Origin: Nageia nagi
Taxonomy: Eukaryota > Plantae > Pinophyta
Assembly (NCBI GenBank): GCA_050084985.1
Contig: JBITNC010000002.1
Coordinates: forward strand, 3,844,001-3,908,000
Length of the DNA: 64,000 nucleotides
Reading direction: 5' to 3'
Shown: positions 36,692 through 49,399 of the stretch, piece by piece
Layout: the number at the start of each line of letters is the position of its first letter
Position numbering within the stretch: the stretch's first letter is position 1
The notes under the pieces: generated by a model
The model's database searches: none
What the model saw: the letters and a program-made list of their open reading frames with translations, nothing else
What the model was told of the DNA's origin: nothing
Position numbers and translations under genes: made by a program

Positions 36692-39600
36692 CTTAACTTC
36701 TTCGCAATGACTCTTCCCTAGATTATTGATAAACCTCCTTACAACTCCCACTTATTGCACTATATTTGGTCTGATACCCACTATTGTGTATATTAAACTC
36801 CCAATTATCTAAGCATAAGGAACCTTGTTCATATAATCTTATATCCATTTTGTCATAGGAATTAAATCTTTAGTGAGTTTAAAATATATTGCCAATAGTG
36901 TAGTAATAGGTTTTGTATCCTTCATATTAATACTTTATAGCACCTTTTGAATATAATGTTCTTGAGTTACTTTAGCATGTGGGTTTGTTTGTCTCTAGTG
37001 ATTTTCATTTAAATAATTTGTTTAGCCTCATCTAAATCCTTCATTGAAAAATCTTTAGCCAAGATCAACAATATCATGCATACTAGTTCATGCTACCAAC
37101 ATATCATTCATATACAAAATCAAGATAACATAATTTCTATTGTTTATATTCTTAAAATAAACATAATGATATGATTGAAACATAGTGAATTTATTAATTA
37201 CCATGAAAGTATAATATTTAAGTGACCATTATCTAGGAGCTTATTTGAGGCCATATTAGCTCTTTTCCAACTTATACACATAACCTTCTTTGCCTTTGAT
37301 CTTAAAACCTTGAGGTTATTGCATGTAAATATCCTCATCCAAATCCCCATGAATAAAAGTTATATTTACATCTAGTTGTTCAAGAAACAAATTTTTAGGA
37401 GACACAATACTCAATATTTATTTAATGGAGGTAATTTTTACATCCAAAGAAAAGATGTCATGAAATTATATACCTTTTTTTTAAGAAAAACCTTTTACCA
37501 CAAATCTTTCTTTTTACCTCTTTTGACCATATACATCTTCCTTTAACTTGTACACCCTTTTATTAGTAAGTGCTTTTTTACCTTTAGGAAGCTCAACTGA
37601 ACTCCAAGTTTGGTTTTGAAGTAAAGAGTCCATCTCATCCTTCATGGAAAGCTCCCACTTAATCCATGTATGTTCCATATGCATGGCTTCATCAAAATAC
37701 TCAAGCTCATTATTGTCAGCATAAAATACATAATAAAGAGAAAGATAATAACATCTAGGAGGTCTACTAGCCCTTGAATATCTTCTCACAATTATTGGTG
37801 GATTTTAGGGTTCTAATTGTTGAAGACCTTCACTTTGTTCTTTAGGTTTCTCATACTCATCAACATCATCAATAGTTACAAATCTTTGTTACTCTTCCTT
37901 TTCCTTTTGCTCAACTTGCAACCTATCTTTGTACATGCATTTTGTATTGAATATTAAATCTCTACTTCTAATGATTTTCTAATTATCAACATTCCTTACT
38001 TTGAACCCAAACCATAGATACCATACCTAATTAAGTAGCATTTTTGAGACATTGCATCAAGTTTTTTCCTATTTTTTTTTATCAATGTGTACAAAAGCTT
38101 CATAACCAAAGACTCTAAGGAAGGAGTGATTTACCTTTTTACCTATCCACATTTCCTTTGGAATGCCTCCATCTAAAGCAATAGATATAGATGGACCCAT
38201 TTTAATCAACTAAATAATAGTGTCAACAACATTATCCTAAAGATACAAAGGTAAAACTACATGTATCCTCATACTTCTAGCATGTTCCAAGATATTCTTA
38301 TTCATCCTTTTCAGAACCCCATTTTCCTGAGGCATTCTTGGAACTACCTTTATTATTCTAATTCCATAATGTGAAAAAAATGTTTCAAGCTCTATACTAT
38401 GAAATGCACCACCATTGTCAAATTTGATACATTTCAACTTTAATCCTATTTCATTTTCAACTAATGCATTTCAATTATTAAATGTTTTAAACACTAGACC
38501 TATGTCTTTCTTGTAGAGTCATTAATAAAATTGAAAAAGCAATAAGAACCACCAAGTGAAGTTACTTGTGCAGGACCCCACACATTTTTATGAACCAAAT
38601 CTAACCTCTCTCCTTTTCCTTATCTTTAAATACTTTTAAAAAGCTAAATCTTCTTTGTTTACTATACACACAATCTTCACAAAATCCCATTTCAAATTCT
38701 TTTAGATTAGGAAGTAACATTTTAGAGTGTAGTAATTTCATACCCTTTTCACTCATGCATCCAATTCTATTATGCCATAGAGTTACATCTTCACCTATAG
38801 ATACTAGATTCATGGCGTAATCAAATATATTTGTAAGAAAATAAAGAGTGCCTACCATGCTACCGTTTAGAATCACCATTGAACTCTTTGAAACATTCAA
38901 AGTAAAGTTACCAAATACAATCATATTATATCCTTACTTATCCAATTTACTTGTTGATATGAGATTTATGTTAAGATTAGAAATATGTTTTTCTTCATTT
39001 AAAGTCTCTTGTGTGCCATTAGGTAGTTTCAATATTATGTTGCCAATACCAACAATATTGCATGGATGTGCATTACCTAATAGTACTTGACCATAGTCAC
39101 AAAGAATGTAATTTATAAAGTACTCTTTATGTACTAAAGTAGCATGAAAGGAAGAACCTGAATCAATTATCCAATACTCACTGTTCCTATCAAGAGACAC
39201 TATTAAGGCATCTTGTAGTATTTTACCATTTATATTTTCTTCTTGATTACTAGTACCTTCATTATTAACACCTTCCTTTTCTTTGCCCTTTCTATTCCAA
39301 CATTCTTTTTAAGATGACCTTTTTTACCATAATGCCAACATTCCAATTTTTTTACCTTTATATTTTGATCTCCCTTTAGATTTGCCTCTTGACTTGCTTC
39401 TTCCTATTTTCTTTGATCTTCCCCTTGTCTCAATCATGAGAGCAACATTGGAACTTTCACATGTAGAATTTCTCCTCATTTATTCACTTAGAATGGTTCC
39501 AACAACTTCATCAAAGACTAAATTTGCATTAGAAGAAGTGTTCCTAATAGACATAACAAAGTTATTCCAACTTTTAGGAAGAGAACACAATACCAACAAT

Positions 39601-40049
39601 TTTATTATATCATCATCAAACTCAGTTTTAACTATTAGTTATTTGGTTTGTTATTGCATTAAACTCATTAACATGATCTTGGACTGAACTAAATTCATCT
39701 TCATGTTAAATATTTTTTTAATCATTTATGCCTTGTTTGAGGCTAATGAATTTTCACACAATTTAGTAAGTTTTTCCATTAAGATTTCAGTAGTTTTCTC
39801 ACCTAGAATATTGAAAGCTATACTAAATCTTAAACAAAGTCTAATAACACCTAAATCCTTTCTATCCAATAAGTTCCACTCTTCATCTTTCATGGATGAG
39901 AGTTTCTTAGATTTATCTTCAAAAGGTTGGTAAAGTTTATTTTGATAAATATAGTCATCCATTTGCATTTTTGAAAATTGAAAATCTTTCTCATTAAATC
40001 TTTCCACCTTTAGCCTTCTTTCTTCTACCATTGTTTCCTCTTGGTCCAA
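36692..40049 (-). pseudogene. Degenerate Ty1/Copia gag-pol (Tnt1-like): gag, zinc knuckle, protease, integrase, most of RT
   Basis: VERFNEKDFQFSKMQMDDY (gag), CWHYGKKGHL (knuckle), WIIDSGSSFH (protease), LWHNRIG...CEDCVYSKQ, FDNGGAF...PQENG (integrase), MKDEMDSLLQNQTW..VELPKGKKAL (RT). Cut at 36692 by the Gypsy-type terminus. Confidence 0.95.
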
Positions 40050-40092
40050 ATATACAAATAAGATTCACGAAGTAACTAAATAAAATAACAAT

Positions 40093-40790
40093 ATTTGATA
40101 CTAGACTTTTCATAATTTAGTAATTTCATATAAACTTGACCAATTAGTCCTCTTAGTCAATGAAAAAAGAAATAACAAGATAAATATGAAAAAATAGTAA
40201 GTAAACATAGAACAAAGAGAGGCAAGAGATTAATGTGGTTGACCTAATATGGACTACATCTATGGATAAGCTTTCAAACATTGTATTGCATCAATATTCT
40301 TAGTGCTCTAAGAAATACACCAACAACATAACCTTTCTACAAACCATTCCTTTGGAGTATAAACATGACCTCTCTACAAATATCTCCAAAACAAACTACA
40401 AGCAATTCCAATCTTACAAAACTATATTACATCCTCAATCCAAGCTCCTCGATTCATAAGAGAGATACCATACCAATTTGACCCTAAAATATTAAGGAAT
40501 TAATGGGATAACACCCCAACTTGATTGAAATCCCAACCATGAAATAAAGGCTTGATGAGGTATGATTTTGACTTCTCAAAATGGAGTTTAACACTCTCTA
40601 TTTTTTTATTGGCCTACATCATACCAGTTACCACCTTGTGATTGGCCTTCAATAGATTGATTGATATTACAACACCCAAAATGTCCTTCATTGATCAACC
40701 TATCAGTTGATTGATTAATCAATCAATCCATTCAAGATTCACTTGATCAAAAATAAAGTCTTAAAAATTTGAACTTAGCCCATGAATCAA
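40093..40790 (-). mobile_element. Degenerate PBS and 5' LTR remnant of the minus-strand Copia
   Basis: TAGTATCAAAT (degenerate Met PBS) at 40093-40103. 40220-40275 is reverse-complement similar to 42285-42340 of the neighbouring Copia LTR. Confidence 0.5.
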
Positions 40791-40799
40791 GCTCCATAC

Positions 40800-42450
40800 T
40801 CAACACATGAAAGAATTGGGTGAGATCAAAAAAATTCTTAGTAATAGAATAACAAGGGATAAACAAAACCATATTCTAAAGTTATATCAAGAATACTACA
40901 TTGAGAAGGTGCTAAAGAAGTTCAACATGAAGGATGCAAAATAAATTTACACACCTTTGGAAAATCACTTTAAACTCACCAAAGATTTATGTCCCAAGAC
41001 GCAAGAGGGATAAGAGTCCATGATTAGGGTTCCTTATGCTTCAATGATTAGTAGTTTGATGTACATGCCATGTTTTACACAAGACCAAAAATAACACAGC
41101 AATGGGATTTGTGAGTAGATTTATGAACTATCTAAGAAGAGAGTATTGGAAATAATTTAAATGGATAATCAAGTATTTGAGAGGCACTACCAATTACTCT
41201 TTGAATTTTGGAGATTCTAACATTTGCTTACAAGGTTATGTGGATTTAGATATGGTAAGTTATAATAATGGTAGGAGGAGAACTACAGGGTATGTTTTTA
41301 CCATTGGTGATTCAACAATTAATCGAATCTCCAAAATTCATTAAGTTGTAGCTCTCTTAATCACATAAGTAGAGTATGTAGCTACTACTAAAGCTAACAA
41401 GGAGATGATTTAGTTATAAAGATTGTTGAAGTAATTAGGAAAGAAGAAAGGATATGCTACATTATGGAGTGATAGTAAAAGTGTTATCCATCTTTCTAAA
41501 AACTCCACTTTGTATTCAAGAACCAAATATATATAACTTAGATATCTCTTCATAAGGTCTATGTTGGAGGATGCTTAACTAAATTTGGAAAAGATACATA
41601 CATATAAAAAACCCTATAAATATGATCACAAAAGTTGTAACAAGGGAGAAGTTGAAATTTTTCTCAATTTTGGTTGGCCTTAAGGAATAAGAGTTCATGA
41701 TGAGAAGCTTTCAGTCCTAGATTGTGTTCTATTGTAGTGGGATAAATCTCAAAGTGGGAGATTATTGGGAGTTGAGCCTAGTTAGATATATTTTACTACA
41801 GGTGAAAAATATATGGCATATGTTTCTCCAAATAAGCTAAAATTTAATATATAGATTCTAAACACCAATAAATTTCCATTGGTATAGAGAACATGCAAAT
41901 ATGAGCTATAAATCAAAATTTATGAGGTTTGCAAGTTTATTATTTTGAGAGGAATATAGCTATGAATTTTCAAAGGGAGACTTTTGACCATTGTGTTTCA
42001 AACCACACTTTATGTACCTTAATTGTAGGATGGGATTTATATCTTGCATGTATGATTTTGCATTGATTCTTAGCCTCCTTTATGGAATAAGAAAGGATTG
42101 TAACTAGGTTATAAATGAAAGGTTTTGCAATATAATTTAATGATAGTAAAACTTGGTGAAGTTTGTAGTATTATGTGAAAGAGATAGAGTTTGTAGGAAG
42201 GATTTTTGTAAGTAAGAAGAATTTTACAACATGAGGATATTGGCGTATCTCTTGGTTAATTGGAGATGATTCAATACAAGGACTTGAAAGCTTCTTTGTG
42301 GATGTAACCTACACTAGGTGAACCACATTAAACTTGTCTCTTCTCTTGTGTATTTATTTTGAGCTATCTTGTTGGGATTATTTTGCAAACTAGTAGAGGG
42401 TTTATTGATCAAGTTTTATTTTTATTTATTGTACCTAAAATATACAAATT
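40800..42450 (+). mobile_element. 3' part of a second Copia: RT C-terminus, RNase H, PPT and 3' LTR
   Basis: MKELGEIKKIL...YIEKVLKKFNMKDAK, GYVD...RRRTTGYVFTIG, SDSKSVIHLSKN...SRTKYI. PPT AAAGTGGGAGA 41751-41761, then LTR. Confidence 0.9.
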
Positions 42451-45400
42451 ATTCATAAATTGTATACATTATTCTTTCACCCTTCCCCTTTTCTATTCTC
42501 CCCTTATTCTTTATTCCTATTATTTCTTGCTTTCCCTTATCTATTTTTCCTTCTTCAAATTCTCATTCTTCCATTTTTAAAGGACTTCAATATCTCATTA
42601 TAAGCCTTACCAAGTGCAATAAATTTTTATATCAAGATCTAATTTTAATAAGCTAGGGAATTTTTGTATAATTAATAATTTTTAAAGTGGTAATATTCCT
42701 TAATGAGCCCAATATTTTGTAGCCAACAATGTTAGCAAGATATAAAAAAATTGTAGATCAAATATATAAAATGTTCAATAATGAGCAACAAAGCAATAAA
42801 ACTAGACTTCCACATGAGACACTCCAATATATGTAGCTAGATTTTTTCCTTGAGTGGTGTCAATAATTCATTAAAAATTGTGACCCAAATACAAAAAGAT
42901 GGAAGAAGACCTTTTGACCTGTATATGACAAATTAAAATGCAAATTAAGCCCTTGCCAAATGTCAACTCCAACGTGTTATCATTCCACATGGTGTATTGT
43001 TCAAAATAATGGGTACACTAATCAAAATAAGCATTCAATATATATCAAATTATGAATATTAGGATCATATGTTAATGATCTCAACAATGGTTATAGAACC
43101 AATTTGGCAATAATTGCAAAGAAATGTTAGAGTACATGTAATAGAAGTTGATTGGAGTCATTAATGCAATCCTATTCGTAGAAGATGATGGAGAGTCGAT
43201 TGAGATAGAGCTAAGCATAATACTTCTTTTATTGAAAGTAATTGTAACAATATCATTGTACATAATTTCCATTTAAGAGACTATCTATATTCATTGTAAA
43301 GTAGATAGAAATTATTAAGATAGTTGAGGCAAGCGGTGAGAAATCATACACTAGTTCATCTTGGAACCTATATATATGGCTACACATAGAATTGTAAATG
43401 GTACAAATTTTAATATTATTACCCTTTTTATATTCTATTTCTTCTAAAATGAGAGGTTAATACAAAATGTTTGCCCTTTGCTCCTATTTGAGGTTGTAAG
43501 TTATTTATGTAATGGTGTATGAATGAATGTGAGATTATCTATGGCTATGTGATGTTAATTATTTGGCCATGATTCTATGCCAGATATTTATCTAAATCCT
43601 AGTGCTTAATTGGATTGTAGTACTTCAACTTAATTTTATTTAATCTCTTGTACTTTTTACTCTTTTATTTTCATATTTGTTTGAATATCTAGATACTTTC
43701 AACCTACAAAATATAGGAATCCACCTTCACCAAAGATTGAATATAGGTTAACCATTATGAGTGCATTTTATTACCCTCTCTATTCACTTAAGGGGCTTGT
43801 CTAATCAAGTTATGTTGATATTTTAATGCCATACTATTTTGCATTATTTAAATCAACATCAGTCAAGTTTGCAACTTCTAGAATCAATTGTGGAAACAAC
43901 AAAGTGAAAGGTATCATTGTGGCTTTGAACAATACTAAATCATAAAAAGAATCATTACTTCTTTCATCCTTAGGCACTTTGTCAATGTCTTCTAACATAT
44001 TTAATGAATCTATATGATTCTAGGTTAGATCTCTAATTTTATGTAGATTTTATTTTAAGATTGCTTCTCATAGAGTTCTCCCATCTTTCATTAGTTTAAG
44101 GAAACTCTTCTTTCTTATCTTTTTGCTTGCATTATATGATCTTTTATCATTCACCCTAGTTAACAAGATAAAAAATGAGTTCTTTGACAAATTTAAATGA
44201 ATGAAATATATATATATATAAATTGTAAACTATTTAAATTATAATAAAAGGGAAATGAATTTTAAATTTTATATCCATTGCTAGATTAAAATTTGATTGT
44301 ATCATGTTGCAAATCCCCTTTTTTTTCTTTCCAATAACTCAAATGACATTGAAAATTGAAAAAAAAGTTACTATTCAAAAGTCATAACATTTTGATTTTG
44401 CATAAAAATTAGGTTGCTTTACGAATTTCAATCTAATTACTTATGAGCATTTGCAACCTTTATCCATGAATTGTATGACTGTATGTGATAAAATGCATAT
44501 GAAGGTTGGCTATGCTATTGGTTTGGTTCTCATTAAATCAAAGAGTTAAAAGGATATCTTTATTATGATAATAAATAACATATCCTCCATTTTAAAAGGT
44601 CTTGTGTAACAATTTTTAGATATACAATTGCTCATAGAATACAATCATTGCATTCTCCAAAGTACTTCACAACTTAAATAACAATTCTAGAAGAATCTTC
44701 AATAACCTGAACACAATAGCCACTTTTTGCTATACTAGTAGACAAGTGGTGAAGCATATCCTACCTTCAGATCATCCCCCCCATATGGATGGTTTTTTTT
44801 TTGACACATATAAAACACAATACATGTTAGAAGTTGAAAAACATCATTTTTTGACACCAATAAAAAATCACAAGTTTGTTCTCCTTACTTTTTTTTATTT
44901 TGATGTGGTATAACTGCAAGCTGATTATACCAAACCACCTTACAATTATACCACTTTTTTTTTAATTTTACTCAAGTATACCAAACCACCTTGTGATTAT
45001 ACCCTTCATTTTTAAACATTTGGGTATAATTACAAAGCAATTAGACCAAATTACCTTGCAATTATACTCTTTATTTTTTAAATCTCTCAGGTATAACCGC
45101 ACAATGATTATACTAGATTGCCTTATGATTATACACTTTATTTTTTGAATTTAGGGTGAGATAATAGCAAACTAATTATACTAAACCCTAATGCAATAAT
45201 ACCAAGGTAGTTTGGTATAATCACTTTGTGCTTATACTAGATATTTAAAAAATGATGGTATAATCGCAAGGTGGTTATACCAACTATATTTTTTTAAATA
45301 TTTAAAAGGTCAAACCACATTATGATTATAAAAAAAGTGTGGATATAGAGAATCAAAAATTAAATTTTGCAGATCTTGATGTAGCGATTAACCATTATTG

Positions 45401-47508
45401 AATCTAAATTGTATAATTGTATTTCATTTGAACTTCAAGTTTCAGGAGAAGAGAGCTCTAGGGTTTCAATTTCAATAGCAATGAAGACACTATGGTTCAT
45501 TGCATATCTTATAATTATTCCATTGTAATCCCTCTAAATCCTTGTAATTCTTTATATTCAAAAAACCTTGACTTAACTCTATGTTACTTTCAATTTTTTT
45601 TGGATTCTAGAAGTTTTAAGATAGCTCTAGGGTTTCAGTGGTGCTTGAGTGTTACTAGTTCTAGCTACATTTCAACGAAATTTTCCATTGTAAGTCCCTT
45701 AAATTCTATTATGTCTCCTTTTGTATGCAATAAAAGTTAGGTTAACTCTATTTTAATTTTAATTTTTTTTGGATTACAGAAGTTTCAAAATAGTTCTAAC
45801 ATTTCAGTGATGTCAATTTTCTGAATTGAAGTAAATGGTTCATCATGTGTATGGCATGTTGCATTATTTTTTATTTTTTTGCAAAACTCATGTAGAGGAG
45901 ATGAAGTTGGTAGTTAATAGGGATTATGAGTGGCATAAAATATGCATGGGTATCTAAAGCTTATGATTTAGGAGCATTTTCTTGCTACCTAGGTTATCGG
46001 TTCTTTCGATAATTAAATTGAACTCATTCAATTTGAATTTCTTTAGTACCTAAATTAGGAGCTATAGAAGTAGTAGGAGGATTCATAATGGTTTTAAATT
46101 TTGCAACCATATAAGCAAATAATCCTTAATCTTATGTGTTATATATTGATAATAGTAATAATTATTTAGAAGATTAATATAAAGCACCTATTGTTGGAAA
46201 TAAAACTTAGCAATATTTAAATCAAGTTGCTTTTATACATCATTGGTAAGGTCCACTTTGATAAAGACTTACTTAATAGGGTGAGTAGAGAAGAATTTGT
46301 CCAGTTCAAAGAAAATAAACTTTCCCAAGGGTGCTACCAAGGTGTGCAAAAACTTATAGAGGAGGATAAGAAGACCCAAAAACTCAATCTAAATAGGAAC
46401 TTCATATGAAACATCATTAGATGTAATAAAATTCATATTGTAACTTTTGAAAATCAATAAAGACTTATAGATTATCTACTATCCCTTTTTCATAACTTTG
46501 TAGTGAAATTCATATTGTAGTGAAAACATTTATCCATAACATGTTATTTTTTATTCTTTTCACCAAAGATGCAATCCTACTTTCCATCTCTACTAATGGA
46601 TTATATAGAAAATTATATGTTCTTTATCATTTTTGTGACATATGATAGCTTGTTAACCTTAGCAAAACTAAAGTCATGATTTTTAATACTTTCAAAGATG
46701 TAGCCTCCAAGTTCCAATTTTTCTACAAAGGAGAGCTCATGGAAATCATAACCTCATATACTTGGGGATTATGTTCTCCATATCATATTTCAATTTAACA
46801 AATACCCATTGATTTTATTTTTTCAAGGTCAATGCTTACCTCTTCAAGGTCCAACATAAGATGGTATTATTCTAGTTTAAGAATGAATTAGCTAGGCTTT
46901 TTGTGTGGAGTTTGTTTTCTTTCTATTTAAATTAAAAGTTAATATAACTTTGTTGTGTTATAAACTTTGATGTTTATGGATTAAGTTCATTTTGATATGA
47001 TATTTTGTGAAGGCATGAATGATTGTACTATGTTTAGAAGACATGTATCTACACCTTATGCAATACAATAATTATTGCTTTTAGATGCGTAGCTAATTCT
47101 AGTTCTTCAAGTAATGTGACTACAACTCTTCAAATTCTATTTAGAATACAATGCCTTGTTTGCAACCGGAGTGCAAATATTTATTTCACTGAAAAATAGA
47201 AAAGCACAAAGAACCAATAGTTTCTAATGTAAGATATTAATCAGTTGAAGTGCAAAGGTTAGCCTATTCTTTGATCAGGTTGCATCTTTGAAATATTTCT
47301 ATATTCATTACCTTGTTTACAAAAGGGGTAGAAATGCTTTCTTAAGTTGAAACAGGAAGTTCCATTTACTTGATGGGAATAATTTTTCATGGACTAAACT
47401 ATTTTATTAATAAGTAAAATAGGCCATTGGCCAAAATATCCAAGGAGCATTATATATAAGAAGATGTTAGTAGGATGTAGGAACTTGAATATCATCTTGG
47501 AGCAAATA

Positions 47509-47731
47509 GGACCTTAGTTGATTGTTTGGGTGATTAGGGTGTTTGGACACCCCCAAGGTTCAAATCCCAACCTTGCAATGATGATGTTGGTTCTTTGATA
47601 TGACATCATGGATGATGTTGAAGTGTAGTAATGATATTACTATTTAGAGAATTTAGATGTAGTGATGATTGTGAATTATGCTGGTCAGATGGGTGTCTAG
47701 ATATTACCAAGTTCCCCATTTACTAACAAAA
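47509..47731 (+). mobile_element. Possible tRNA-derived SINE
   Basis: A-box-like TAGTTGATTG at 47515, B-box GGTTCAAATCCC at 47557-47568, ~160-bp tail ending TTACTAACAAAA. Confidence 0.45.
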
Positions 47732-49399
47732 CACTATTATTTAAATATATATCTTAGAGGAGTAACACTATTATTTTAAAAAATCAATTTCAAAAGGCAT
47801 ATCAAGGTTGAAATTAAGATTTATGTGGAATGGTGGAGACAAGAAGATAAGATTGCCTATGAAAAGGTTTTCATAGTTAGCTTGATAGCCTTGTATTACT
47901 TATTTATGCTTGCAAATGTTTAAAAGGTTGAGATTTAATATACTAAATAGTAGGTGATTGGAAAGATTACAATTTTTAACATTTTATGTTGCTTGGTATC
48001 AAAATGATCATGTTGTATTTGTTGCATCAAACTATCTTGCATAACAGTCTTCTAATCACATAGATATACATTCATTGGTTCTACACACCAATTTTACATT
48101 AAGGATATTACAGTTATATAAAGAAATTTGAGATAAGATGATGTGATCAAGAACATCATATGATTGTATATACATTTAACCAATGAATAGGGGAATGACC
48201 CTACAAATCAATTGTTGTTAACTAATTGGTTTTGGAATATTTTCCATACTAAAAATTTATATGATATCACCAATTGTATCATTTTGGTTTTAGGATTCAT
48301 GAATTGGATCAACTTTTCAACGTTAGAATGGAGTCAAACATTTTTTCAAAATTCAATAATTTCAAACTAGTAACATAATAAGACTATCATAGGATTTATT
48401 AGAAGGGTGGTTTCAAATTAGAATACACATTTGAAACATTGAATTTTTTGATATGTGGTGAATTGGGTATCTAGATTTTAGGAGATAATAGTTTTCAATT
48501 TGGGAATGCATTTTATGGGGTGCCTAGAGGTGAACCCATATTATTTAGACACTAAATTATATTCTAAATGGATGAATTGAGTTGCAGGTATTGGAACTAC
48601 AATTTTGGAGGAGATCACTATAAATACATAGAACATCATGATCCCTATTCCTACCATGATATCCACAATATATGATATACAAAAAATAAATATTGCTAAC
48701 ACAAAATCCCCTTATGCTATAGTCATTTGTGATTTACAAACACCAAGAAGAGACATATGCATAGAAAAATTGGATTTTCTTTCCAACAATGCCCCTATTT
48801 TATAGTCATATTACTGTTAGGATTGCTTCCCAAGTGGCTTTGGTTTGGACTCAAAAATATAAAGGTAGTTTCTAACATGTTTATCAGGAACCTATCATAT
48901 TTGTTACATCGCATGTGTCCTAAGCTAAAAAAAACTTTTCCCTCCATGATGACCACAATATCAAGACCTTGATATGAGCATGCTATGTTCCATCAAGACC
49001 TTAATATGCAAACTATTGGTTGGATTATAACAAGAAAATGAGAATACATGTTGAACACCATTGGCAAATTTTGGGCAATGTTATTGAATTTGTAACACTA
49101 TTGAAATGCTTTTGACATTGTTGGAGTTCCATGGTCATTGTCTAGTTTCCATGATATTTTTAGTTTACTTTTTATCTTGGATATATTATTTCTTTGTTAA
49201 AAAATGATATGTTTTATTATTATTTCTAGGAATCAGGTCATCTTCATTTACTGTTATGGTCTATTCGCTTGGTATTTTGGGAATCAAATTGTTACATTAG
49301 GTTTATATGAGTTTCTTATTTTTCATTTAAATTTTAAAAACCAAAAATTGACTGTAGGTCCAATATATTTTTGTCTTATTTTAGGTGGACCAACAATTT

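Noticed and set aside
47509-47580. tRNA gene
   Set aside because: A/B boxes are present but there is no convincing cloverleaf or acceptor stem. Better explained as a SINE head.
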